Below the pieces are notes generated by a model. The model was not told the origin of the DNA. It ran no database searches and was given only the letters and a program-made list of their open reading frames with translations. From Defluviitaleaceae bacterium (GTDB taxonomy: Bacteria; Bacillota; Clostridia; Lachnospirales; WRAA01), in NCBI GenBank assembly GCA_009780015.1, contig WRAW01000002.1:12-64011 (forward strand): a stretch of DNA of 64,000 nucleotides, written 5' to 3'. The translations under genes were made by a program, and so were the position numbers. Shown one piece after another: positions 37,390 to 46,187 of this stretch. Within the stretch, counting starts at the first letter, position 1; each line of letters begins with the position of its first letter.

Positions 37390-38607
37390 ATGAAAATTGC
37401 AAAAAAGCTGCTATCGGCAGCAGTCCTGGTACTGGCTCTGGGCATATTCATCCCCGTAGTGTTGTACGCAAATGAAGTAAGCCTAACCATCGACGGCGTT
37501 CAAGTTAATTTTGAGGATCAAAGACCTGAAATTGTGGACGGCAGAACCCTGGTTCCTGATAGGGATGTCTTTGAAGTTCTCGGTTTTGAAGTGGACTGGG
37601 ATCCGGACGCCGAAACCGCTATTCTAACAGCCAGAACAATTGAGCCGGATTTCGATTGGGATACCCAGCATCTTGCCTTTAGATACCGTGACGTTGAAGT
37701 GCTTATTTCTATCGGAAGCAGCACCTTCACTGTAAACGGAGAGGAATATGAGCTGGATGTGCCCGCCCAGGTTATTGGCGAAAGAGCCATGCTGCCCATT
37801 CGCGCCGTGCTTGAGAGTGTAGGGCATTTTGTTGACTGGGACGAGGATGCCGGCAATATCATCGTAAGAAATCTGTGGGGCTCAATGGACTTCAATTACA
37901 CCCCCGGCGCCCTTGAAAACCAGCTTGCACCCCCATCTCCCGGGGAATATTTCGCCATTATGCACACCAACTTCGGCGAAATCCATCTGCGCCTTTTTCC
38001 CGATCTTGCGCCCCTTACCGTGGAAAGCTTCGTAACTCACGCTCGCGCCGGCTATTACGACGGCGTCACCTTCCATAGAGTCATTGACTGGTTTATGATA
38101 CAAGGCGGCTGCCCCTATGATGATCCGGAGCGCAACAGCCAGGGCGGCGAAAGCATTTGGGGAGTTCTCTTCGGCGATGAAGGTACCACCAATCTCCGCC
38201 ATATAAGAGGTGCGCTCTCCATGTCCAACCTTGGGCCCCACACCAATCGAAGCCAATTCTTCATAGTACAGATCGATGGACTGCGTCCCGGTGAGCTGGC
38301 GCATCTTCCGCAAATTCAGACATCAGAGCAGTGGGAGTACAGGATTGCCAACCAAGACCAATTGGTTCCCGACCTCGGAATTGATCTTGAAATCTATTAC
38401 AGGGATTTGTTCCCCGCTTCTTTCGGCGAACATCTTCTGGCCTACGGCGGAGTCCCCCATCTGGACTTCAGACATACAGTATTCGGTCAAGTATTCATAG
38501 GTATGGACGTAGTTGACGCCATAGCAGCCGTAGAAACCGACGATGTAGACCGCCCCCTTGAAGACGTCATAATTGAAAGAATTGAAATACTGCAATTTAC
38601 AAATTAA
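37390..38607 (+). CDS. Secreted peptidyl-prolyl cis-trans isomerase (cyclophilin type) with an N-terminal copper-amine-oxidase-N (stalk) domain
   Basis: The signal peptide is MKIAKKLLSAAVLVLALG. The stalk motif is DGRTLVP.R..FE.LG..VDWD. Cyclophilin motifs are FHRVIDWFMIQGG and LSMSNLGPHTNRSQFFIV. Confidence 0.85.
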   Translation: MKIAKKLLSAAVLVLALGIFIPVVLYANEVSLTIDGVQVNFEDQRPEIVDGRTLVPDRDVFEVLGFEVDWDPDAETAILTARTIEPDFDWDTQHLAFRYRDVEVLISIGSSTFTVNGEEYELDVPAQVIGERAMLPIRAVLESVGHFVDWDEDAGNIIVRNLWGSMDFNYTPGALENQLAPPSPGEYFAIMHTNFGEIHLRLFPDLAPLTVESFVTHARAGYYDGVTFHRVIDWFMIQGGCPYDDPERNSQGGESIWGVLFGDEGTTNLRHIRGALSMSNLGPHTNRSQFFIVQIDGLRPGELAHLPQIQTSEQWEYRIANQDQLVPDLGIDLEIYYRDLFPASFGEHLLAYGGVPHLDFRHTVFGQVFIGMDVVDAIAAVETDDVDRPLEDVIIERIEILQFTN

Positions 38608-38640
38608 CTGGAATCCAGCCGCAATATAAGCTAAACAGAG

Positions 38641-38680
38641 AGGGACGGCTCTTGTTATAAAGAGAGCCGTCCCTTATATT
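38641..38680 (+). terminator. Intrinsic terminator after the PPIase gene
   Basis: The hairpin is agggacggctct-tgttataaag-agagccgtccct, followed by tatatt. Confidence 0.6.
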
Positions 38681-38712
38681 GATAAAGCAACCCGGTATGT
38701 TACAATAAATAC

Positions 38713-39050
38713 ATGGATAACGAACTCAAAACAAATACCATCTTTCTTTATTCCGAAGGGGAGTACCAAATCTGTAAAAAAGGCTAGAGAAAGGCATGTA
38801 AGGAATGTGAAGAAAATATATGCCGAACAAAGAATTGCCGGGATTAAACCAAAGAAACGAGGCCGCAAACATGGAAATCAAAGGGATATATCTTTGGAGC
38901 AAGAAAGACAAATCCCAAATATCATTGTAGACAAATGTCCCGAGCAATTAAAGCTCCCTGGATATATGTGTACAAGAGCGGGTATAAGGAATTTAATAAA
39001 GCGCATGTGTGGACTTGACATACAATTATCCAAATTTGGGGTTAGGGTGC
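38713..39050 (+). pseudogene. IS630-family transposase remnant: N-terminal HTH region only, frameshifted and truncated
   Basis: The segment ..VKKIYAEQRIAGIKPKKRGRKHG..LSLEQERQI..IIVDKCPEQLKLPGYMCTRAGIRNLIKRMCGLDIQLS matches the IS630 N-terminal pattern (GL.pk.rGr......L...q...I......P.qL.l....WT...v..lI....G...s). No DDE domain follows. The upstream ATG at 38713 is in a different frame. Confidence 0.6.
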
Positions 39051-39063
39051 AAGCGTCAAAAAA

Positions 39064-39104
39064 GCGGCGGCCATATACTTTACGGTATGGCCGCCTTTAT
39101 TTGT
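39064..39104. terminator. Bidirectional intrinsic terminator
   Basis: The 10-bp stem is ggcggccata/tatggccgcc. It is flanked by an A-run on the left and tttatttgttt on the right. It lies just downstream of the minus-strand gene 39113..39577. Confidence 0.6.
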
Positions 39105-39112
39105 TTGAAGTT

Positions 39113-39577
39113 CTAATACCTACCTTTGATTATAAAGAAAGACCCGCGAATCTCCCCCGCGATTTTTGACTTTTGCCGCGCGAATTTGAATTTCTTCTCC
39201 AGTTCGGCAGGTACTTCCATCCCCATAGAAAGTTTAAGGCCGACGGCGCTCTTGGCGTCGTTTTCCAGAGCGTACATTATATTTATCCCAAGACCGTCCT
39301 CGTAATAAACATAGGTTATTTTAGCGCTTTCTATTACAAATTGCGAAGTCTCCAAGGGTTTTGCCGCAAACTCAATATCCCGTTCTTCTTTCAGAATCCT
39401 GTTTACATATTCCATAATTTCAGGCGTCTCATCGGCCGGCTTGGTAGTAAATGCGTGTCTGTGCTTGTTCATATAGTAACGCGCTTCGTTGGCACGCAGC
39501 CCGGCAAGGGCTTTTGCCACCGGCGAAGATTCCAGTCCAACCGTGGATACTTTCTCAAAATTAACTACGTATGACAT
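39113..39577 (-). CDS. Hypothetical protein (154 aa)
   Basis: It is an open frame with a GGGAGG ribosome-binding site upstream of the ATG, and it runs divergent to addB. I recognise no domain. Confidence 0.5.
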   Translation of the reverse strand: MSYVVNFEKVSTVGLESSPVAKALAGLRANEARYYMNKHRHAFTTKPADETPEIMEYVNRILKEERDIEFAAKPLETSQFVIESAKITYVYYEDGLGINIMYALENDAKSAVGLKLSMGMEVPAELEKKFKFARQKSKIAGEIRGSFFIIKGRY

Positions 39578-39709
39578 TGCTGCCGCCTCCCGTACTTATC
39601 AATGCAGTATATCATATGTTCTTTTAAATTCTCAATAACAATTTCTAAAAGATGCCGCTGGTCTAAAATAGTGTTGAAAAATGCATATGTCTTGGAGTAT
39701 AATTGGATT

Positions 39710-42700
39710 ATGAGCCTACAATACATATTCGGCGGGTCGGGCGCGGGAAAGACGCGCCGCTGCCTTAGCGAAATAACCCAAGCGGCACGCGACAGCACGA
39801 AGCCGCTTATATATATTGTGCCCGAGCAGTTTACGCTTGAGTCGGAGCGTTTGCTGTGCGATTTTTCACCCAGCGGCGCGATAACTTTGCCGCAGGTGCT
39901 GAGTTTTCAGCGTCTCAGCTACCATACATTTTCAAAGACGGGAAAGTTGGCCGGAAAGCTGCTGGATGAAGTCGGTAAGAAGATGCTTCTGCAAAAACTA
40001 CTCTTGCGCCACAGGGACGAGCTGGCTTTTTTTGCGCAAACCGTTGAAAGAGATGGTTTCATCGACTCGTGCGACCGGGCATTCCGCGAATTTGCCCAGT
40101 ACAACGTCACGCCGGAGGAATTGGCCCGCCGTGTCGCCCAGGTTTCTCAGCAAGATGGCGGGCGCGGCATACTTGGCTATAAGCTTGCCGACATAGCGCG
40201 GCTTTACGAACTGTTTACGGCTTATATCAGCGAACGTTATATAATTACCGAGCAAGCCGCCAACTTTGTGCCGGACAAGCTTGCCGCGTCGGACTTTCTG
40301 ACGGGCTGCCGGGTCTGGATCGACGGTTTCACAGGTTTTACGGCTCAGGAGTACGGCATTATCGGCGGGCTTTTCTCGAAAGCCGAAATTGTCAGTGTGG
40401 CGCTTTGTATCGAAGAGCCTCACACAAGCTATTCAAATATCTCTGAAAATGACCCAATGTCGCTCATGAAACAGTGCGTCACGCGGATTACGGAGCTTGC
40501 GCGCTTGAGCGGCGTGCCGGTGCTTGAACCTATACGATTGACGAAGAAGTGGCGTTTCGAGGATTCGCCGGATATGGCGTTTTTGGAGCGGCGCTATCTT
40601 GATTACAATGTGCATACGTTCGACGGCGTGCCGCATGGCATCTCTATAACGGGAGCGCCCGGGGTACATGCCGAGGCGGAACAGGCCGCCGCCGAAATAA
40701 TCGCCCTTGTGCGCGGGGAAGGGCTGCGCTTTGCCGATATAGCACTGGTGTGCGCGAATCCCATGGCCTACGAGCGTGAGATACGAGCCGTATTCGCCGC
40801 CCATGACATACCTTTCTTCCTGGACGTCAGGTCTGACATAGCCCTGCACCCGCTGACCCAGCTTGTCTGTCACGCGGCGAGCGTGCTGGCCTATGACTTT
40901 CGTCACGAAGACGTGTTCGCCTTTCTCAAGACCGGCTTGACGCCGCTGAATCGCGACGAAATTGATCTGCTTGAAAACTATGCCGTCAAGATGGGCATAC
41001 GGGGTGGGAAATGGCGTGCCAAGACGTGGACAAAAGGCTTTGAAAATGAATATTCCGAAGAGTGCCTGAACGATCTGCGAAAACGGGTAGTCAAGGCTCT
41101 GCAGCCTTTTGCGGGAAAGCTGAAGCGCGGTAAGTCCTCCCCCATCCGAACCTATGCGGCGTGTCTCTTTGACATGCTCGAAAAGCTGGGAATTCCCGAC
41201 CGCACGCATGACGGTGAAGCTGTCTCCTTCATGCAGGTTCTAGACAAACTGACGGCGATACTCGAGAAGATGGTCGAGATAATGGGCGACGAGGAGGTTC
41301 CGCCCGACGGATTCGAAAAGATACTGCGAATCGGCGTCAAATCGGCCGACTTGGGAATAATCCCGCCGACGCTTGACCAGGTTATAATCGGAAGCGCCGA
41401 ACGCACGCGCCTGCCAAAGATCGCGGCCCTGATCGTGCTCGGAGCGAACGACGGCATCCTGCCGGCCAAGAAGGAGGAAGACGCCATTCTGACGGATAGC
41501 GAGCGCGCCACGCTCAGCGCCCTCGGTACGCAGCTTGCCCCCGACAGCCGCACGCAGTCGTTACAAGGGCCGTTTATGATGTACGGCATGCTAACGCAGC
41601 CGGAGCGCTTCCTGCGCTTGTTCTACCGCACGGACAGCAGCGACGGCCAGGCGCTGAAGCCGTCCGTAATAATCGAAAGGGTCAGGAGCCTCTTCCCAAA
41701 GGCAGCCGAATACTTGATCTCCGACGCCGAATATCACAGACCGGTCACAACGGCTAAGGCCGTGTTCTCGAGGATAGGCGCGGCTCTTAGACAACTGCGC
41801 GTGGGAGGCTCAGCTACGGACTCTGAGACGGCTCTCTTGAAATACTTTCGGGAGTCCCCCGGATTCGCCGAGAGGCTTCTCCGGCTGGAGCAAGTATCGT
41901 TTGAAAAAACTTCGCGCAGGTTCCTTTCGCAAAAATCAATAGACATGCTGTATTTTAGCGAAATGTTCTCCGACATATCGCGTCTCGAGCGATACATGCA
42001 ATGCCCCTTCGCATATTTTGCGCACTATAACCTGCGCCTTCGCGGACGCCGGCGCTTCGCCGCCGGAGCGCCGGATTACGGCAGCTTCTACCACGAAGTA
42101 CTCAAGGACTTCGGCGCAAGTCTGGCCTTGCATCGCTTGGACTGGCGCGAACTTAGCGTCGGTCAGATAGACGAGCTGACCGGCCAGGCTGTGGCCAAGA
42201 TCGCGCCGCAGCTTGCAAACGGCGTGCTGTTGAGCACTCCACGATATGAGTACATTGTCGGGCGCATGGCTCGTATTGCCAAGCGTTCTATATGGGCGCT
42301 GACCCAGCACCTGCGCCGAGGCAGCTTTACCCCCGTTGCCAGCGAACTGGGCTTCGGCGTGAACGCCGCGATCTCCGGCATCACTATCGAAACGGGCAAC
42401 GGCCGCAAGCTGATGCTCCAGGGTCGTATAGACCGCGTCGACATATTCGACTCCGGCGGCAAGCGCTACGTCAAGGTCATCGACTATAAATCCGGCGGCG
42501 CCAGTTTCGATATATCCGACATATATCTGGGAACGCAGTTGCAGCTCATGACCTATCTCGATATATTTATGAAGACCGGGCATGAATACCTCTCGGACGT
42601 CGGCGGGGCAGCTCAGCCGGTTCCGAAAATGACCCCCGGCGGCGTGCTGTACTTCAAGCTGGACGACCCCATCCTGGACGAAGACAAGCTGAGAAGCGGC

Positions 42701-43039
42701 GACGTGCTCGAAGAACTGCTGGGAAAGTTCAAGATGACCGGCCTTGTGCTGGCCGACGACGATGTGATAAACGCCATGGACTCCGGCTTAACCGGACGCT
42801 CAAACATTGTGCCTGTTCACATCAAGACCGATGGAAGCTTCTCTTCAAGGGGAACAAAGGTCGCCGACGAGGAAGAATTCACAAGGCTTCGCGCCGCGGT
42901 CACGACAAAGGCGGCCGAAATCGCAAGGAGAATGTCCGACGGCGACATAGAAGTCAAGCCCCTGGCCAAGCCTAATGGCGCGGTCTCTTGCGATTACTGC
43001 GGTTACGCGAATATATGCCACATTGAGTTTTCACGCTAG
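39710..43039 (+). CDS. addB: Helicase-exonuclease AddAB, subunit AddB (RexB)
   Basis: The N-terminal Walker A motif is FGGSGAGKT. The C-terminal nuclease and Fe-S Cys cluster reads CPFAYF....CDYCGYANIC. The length is about 1110 aa. The start is set at MSLQYIFGG. Confidence 0.85.
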   Translation: MSLQYIFGGSGAGKTRRCLSEITQAARDSTKPLIYIVPEQFTLESERLLCDFSPSGAITLPQVLSFQRLSYHTFSKTGKLAGKLLDEVGKKMLLQKLLLRHRDELAFFAQTVERDGFIDSCDRAFREFAQYNVTPEELARRVAQVSQQDGGRGILGYKLADIARLYELFTAYISERYIITEQAANFVPDKLAASDFLTGCRVWIDGFTGFTAQEYGIIGGLFSKAEIVSVALCIEEPHTSYSNISENDPMSLMKQCVTRITELARLSGVPVLEPIRLTKKWRFEDSPDMAFLERRYLDYNVHTFDGVPHGISITGAPGVHAEAEQAAAEIIALVRGEGLRFADIALVCANPMAYEREIRAVFAAHDIPFFLDVRSDIALHPLTQLVCHAASVLAYDFRHEDVFAFLKTGLTPLNRDEIDLLENYAVKMGIRGGKWRAKTWTKGFENEYSEECLNDLRKRVVKALQPFAGKLKRGKSSPIRTYAACLFDMLEKLGIPDRTHDGEAVSFMQVLDKLTAILEKMVEIMGDEEVPPDGFEKILRIGVKSADLGIIPPTLDQVIIGSAERTRLPKIAALIVLGANDGILPAKKEEDAILTDSERATLSALGTQLAPDSRTQSLQGPFMMYGMLTQPERFLRLFYRTDSSDGQALKPSVIIERVRSLFPKAAEYLISDAEYHRPVTTAKAVFSRIGAALRQLRVGGSATDSETALLKYFRESPGFAERLLRLEQVSFEKTSRRFLSQKSIDMLYFSEMFSDISRLERYMQCPFAYFAHYNLRLRGRRRFAAGAPDYGSFYHEVLKDFGASLALHRLDWRELSVGQIDELTGQAVAKIAPQLANGVLLSTPRYEYIVGRMARIAKRSIWALTQHLRRGSFTPVASELGFGVNAAISGITIETGNGRKLMLQGRIDRVDIFDSGGKRYVKVIDYKSGGASFDISDIYLGTQLQLMTYLDIFMKTGHEYLSDVGGAAQPVPKMTPGGVLYFKLDDPILDEDKLRSGDVLEELLGKFKMTGLVLADDDVINAMDSGLTGRSNIVPVHIKTDGSFSSRGTKVADEEEFTRLRAAVTTKAAEIARRMSDGDIEVKPLAKPNGAVSCDYCGYANICHIEFSR

Positions 43040-43284
43040 GATGTGTCGTCAATAGATTTTTCGGAATTTTGTTGGTCGAATTCCACCCCACGAAGCCAAA
43101 GTCAGGCTTTATGGGGCCCTGGGTCGTCGGTTGCCCCTCCTGCGCCGGTGCTTAGGATGCTTAAACGTGTGTTGCCGACACATAGCATCCTTGCGTACCT
43201 TTCAAGTACGCGGGTTGTCATCTCCCGGATTGGCGTAAAATCGCCTCAAAATCTTCCCGAAAAACTATTGGCGACACACCCTAG
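43036..43284. repeat. MITE-like palindromic intergenic element, copy C (TTTTCGG-type terminal inverted repeats)
   Basis: The terminal inverted repeats are ctaggatgtgtcgtcaatagatttttcgg and ccgaaaaactattggcgacacaccctag. Internal hairpins include gcgtacctttcaagtacgc and aggatgct..agcatcct, as in copy B but in inverted order. The left end contains the addB TAG stop. Confidence 0.6.
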
Positions 43285-43316
43285 ATAAATTTTGAAAGGG
43301 GCTTCCTGATTCCGAT

Positions 43317-44738
43317 ATGATATTAGACTACTTGAAAGCTCGCGCGGTAAAGGATATCTATCCCTTCCACATGCCGGGGCACAAGGGCAACTCCGACTAC
43401 TTCCGCGACATCGATCATATTCTGATGGACATAACAGAGGTGCGCGGCTCCGACAACTTGCGTCAGCCGAGCGGCATTATCAAGGATGCGGAGGATATGC
43501 TGGCCAAAGCCTACGGAGCAAGCCGGAGCCTGATTTGCGTAAACGGTTCAAGCGCCGGGATGCTGGCCGCTATGCTGTATGCAGCCTGTGACGGCGAAAA
43601 GGTTGTGGTGGCGCGCAACAGCCACGTCAGTGTCCATAGCGGGCTGGCGCTTTCCGGTGCGCTGCCGGTGTTTGTGTATCCGTCGGTTACGCCATACGGC
43701 TTCGCCGGCGGGCTGAGTCCGTCCGCCGTCGAGGAGGCTCTCGCCGCGAACGGTGATGTCCGAGCCGTGTTCATCACAAGTCCGACATACGAGGGCCTTT
43801 GCAGCGACGTAGCCGCAATCGCCAGGACAGCGCGCTCCCACGGCGCGCTCCTGATAGTTGACGAGGCTCACGGCGCGCACTTTGGACTACACACGGACTT
43901 TCCCGGCAGTTCTACGGTGCACGCCGACATCGTCGTGCAATCCCTGCACAAGACCATGGTCGCGCCAAATCAGGCCGCCGTAATACACGCCGGCCCAAAC
44001 ATAGACGCCGAGCGCCTCAAAGCCTGCCTGAACATGGTTCAGACCACCAGTCCGTCATACATAATCATGGCAATGATCGAGCGCTGCGCCGCAATAGCCT
44101 CAGACCCTGCGGACTTCCAGCGTTATGCCCGCGTGGTCGGCTCGTTTCGCGCCAGCCTTGCCATGCTTGAAAACATCAGATTGGTAGGATCAGATATACG
44201 CGGCAGTTACGACGTACACGACATAGATGCCGGAAAGCTGGTATTTTTGGCCAGGCGCGGCGGCGGACAGGATATTTACCGCTATTTGCTGGAACAGCAC
44301 CGGCTTGAGCTGGAGATGTACGGTCTGTCCCATGCTGTGGCCATGACAAGCATCGCCGATACGGAAGCCGGTTTTTCCCGCTTGTACTACGCCCTGCGCG
44401 AACTTGACAGGAAGCTTGCATCCCACGCGGAAGCGCCCACGGATATAACCGATATTTACGCAATAGGCTCAGTGATACCCAAACACTCCGCCACGGCGAT
44501 TTCTCCGCGGCTTGCCCAGTTGCGCCCCTCACATCCCTGCGGTCTTGACGAAGCGGCCGGAAGGATATGCGCGTCTCCCGTTACGCCATACCCCCCGGGT
44601 ATACCGTTGCTGCTCCCCGGTGAAATAATTGAAGAAAGTACCATACACCACTTGAAAAAGTTGGCGCATAGGGATATAATGATAGACGGTATATTCGACG
44701 GGAAGGTAAAGGTTGTAAGGGATGGAAATAGGAATTAG
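43317..44738 (+). CDS. PLP-dependent Orn/Lys/Arg decarboxylase family protein (YaaO/SpeA-like)
   Basis: Motifs are FHMPGHKG, VDEAHGAHF and the PLP-binding lysine motif QSLHKT. Confidence 0.8.
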   Translation: MILDYLKARAVKDIYPFHMPGHKGNSDYFRDIDHILMDITEVRGSDNLRQPSGIIKDAEDMLAKAYGASRSLICVNGSSAGMLAAMLYAACDGEKVVVARNSHVSVHSGLALSGALPVFVYPSVTPYGFAGGLSPSAVEEALAANGDVRAVFITSPTYEGLCSDVAAIARTARSHGALLIVDEAHGAHFGLHTDFPGSSTVHADIVVQSLHKTMVAPNQAAVIHAGPNIDAERLKACLNMVQTTSPSYIIMAMIERCAAIASDPADFQRYARVVGSFRASLAMLENIRLVGSDIRGSYDVHDIDAGKLVFLARRGGGQDIYRYLLEQHRLELEMYGLSHAVAMTSIADTEAGFSRLYYALRELDRKLASHAEAPTDITDIYAIGSVIPKHSATAISPRLAQLRPSHPCGLDEAAGRICASPVTPYPPGIPLLLPGEIIEESTIHHLKKLAHRDIMIDGIFDGKVKVVRDGNRN

Positions 44739-45093
44739 CATCCAGGAGATTATATATGCCGCCATAGCCGCGCTGGTTATTACGTGGATTGTGGAATTCT
44801 TCCTTAGAAGTTTTCGCGTGATGTTCGCGCGGACTACCATTTTCGAGTACAAGCACAGCGACTTCGAGTGGATTGTAAACAAGTGCTACAGCCTGTTTCC
44901 CAAGGATGCCGTGTTGTTTAAGGGCAGAACTTATTCCCGCGGCGAGACGGTTCGCATAATAACGCTGGAGCATAAAGTATTCGAGGGAAGCCTGGTTGGG
45001 CAAAACTATGACAACATGATCTGCCTGCTTACGAGGAAGTACATTATTACGCACGATTTGTCAAACATTAAGGAAATGAATATTATCGAGTAA
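44722..45093 (+). CDS. Small membrane protein (hypothetical)
   Basis: It has an N-terminal transmembrane helix (IIYAAIAALVITWIVEFFL). It overlaps the decarboxylase stop by 17 nt. Confidence 0.45.
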   Translation: MEIGISIQEIIYAAIAALVITWIVEFFLRSFRVMFARTTIFEYKHSDFEWIVNKCYSLFPKDAVLFKGRTYSRGETVRIITLEHKVFEGSLVGQNYDNMICLLTRKYIITHDLSNIKEMNIIE

Positions 45094-45165
45094 AACTTAT
45101 GTTGAACACAGGTTTTACAAGACCTCGGATGAGGATACTCTCATTGTGGATCGAATGATGAGGCG

Positions 45166-46173
45166 GTGCTCATTGTGGAAAAGATAAAGCTGATATTTTT
45201 TGACGTCCAGAACAGCGGAGAAGACTTTCTGGACGGATTGCGCAAAACCCCCGACTTTGACGTGGCTTTCAGGGTAAACACGCTTTCCGCCCTGACGAAC
45301 GCCGTCAAATCGACCAACGCGGTCAAGTCGGCGGCGGTTTTGTGCCTTTACTGCGGCCAGAATTCAAGTGTACCGCCGGATGTTCTCGCGTATATATCAA
45401 CCGCGGGGCTAAAGTCTATCGCTGTGTGCGAAAACGTTCCGCAAGGCTTTAGCTTGCTTAAACGCGGCTTTAGTGATATGATTGTTTTTGACAGAAATAA
45501 GACAAGCTTTTTTTTCAAGTCGCTTGCGTCCCGGGCAAGAACAATCATTGCCGAGGCCGCGGTCAAGCGGACGCTTAAAAACGATTTCGGAACGCCCGTA
45601 AAACTTGTGATAGCCATAGGTTCTTCAACCGGCGGAACTGAATCCGTGGTCAAGATTTTGGAGAGATTTCCCGCGGACATGCCGCCGGTACTGCTGACCC
45701 AGCACATGCCCCCGATCTTCACAAACCTGTTCGCAAAGCGCATGAACGGCCTGTGCAAGATGACCGTGTGGGAAGGCAACGACGGCGACGAGATAAAGAA
45801 CGGCTTGGTACTGGTGGCCCCCGGCGAGCGCCAGATGGCGCTGGAACGGCGCGGCGGACGGCTGGTCGTAAACTGTACGGATGAACATCAGGTCTCCGGC
45901 CACTGCCCTTCGGTGGATGTGCTCTTTAGCTCGGTGGCCGCGGTATCCGGGAAAAATGCCATAGGCATAATCCTTACGGGTATGGGCACCGACGGCGCTC
46001 AGGGGCTGTTAAAGATGTATAAATCCGGGGCGTATACAATCGGCCAAAACCGGGAATCGTGCGTTGTATACGGTATGCCCAAGGCGGCTTTCGACATGGG
46101 CGCGGTGGGCATCCAGCTTCATTTGGATAAAATAGCTGACGAAATCCTGGCGCAAGTCGCTAAGATAAAATAG
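45166..46173 (+). CDS. cheB: CheB-type protein-glutamate methylesterase with a degenerate N-terminal receiver-like domain
   Basis: C-terminal CheB motifs are VIAIGSSTGGTESVVKIL...LLTQHMPPIFT...HCPSVDVLF...TGMGTDGA. The N-terminal roughly 120 aa lacks the DD pair and the phospho-accepting Asp context. Confidence 0.75.
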   Translation: MLIVEKIKLIFFDVQNSGEDFLDGLRKTPDFDVAFRVNTLSALTNAVKSTNAVKSAAVLCLYCGQNSSVPPDVLAYISTAGLKSIAVCENVPQGFSLLKRGFSDMIVFDRNKTSFFFKSLASRARTIIAEAAVKRTLKNDFGTPVKLVIAIGSSTGGTESVVKILERFPADMPPVLLTQHMPPIFTNLFAKRMNGLCKMTVWEGNDGDEIKNGLVLVAPGERQMALERRGGRLVVNCTDEHQVSGHCPSVDVLFSSVAAVSGKNAIGIILTGMGTDGAQGLLKMYKSGAYTIGQNRESCVVYGMPKAAFDMGAVGIQLHLDKIADEILAQVAKIK

Positions 46174-46187
46174 AAAGGATTGAGATC

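Noticed and set aside
43043-43288. ORF 43043..43288 (+), 81 aa, between addB and the decarboxylase gene
   Set aside because: It lies entirely within palindromic element C, has no ribosome-binding site and has low-complexity, structure-driven sequence.
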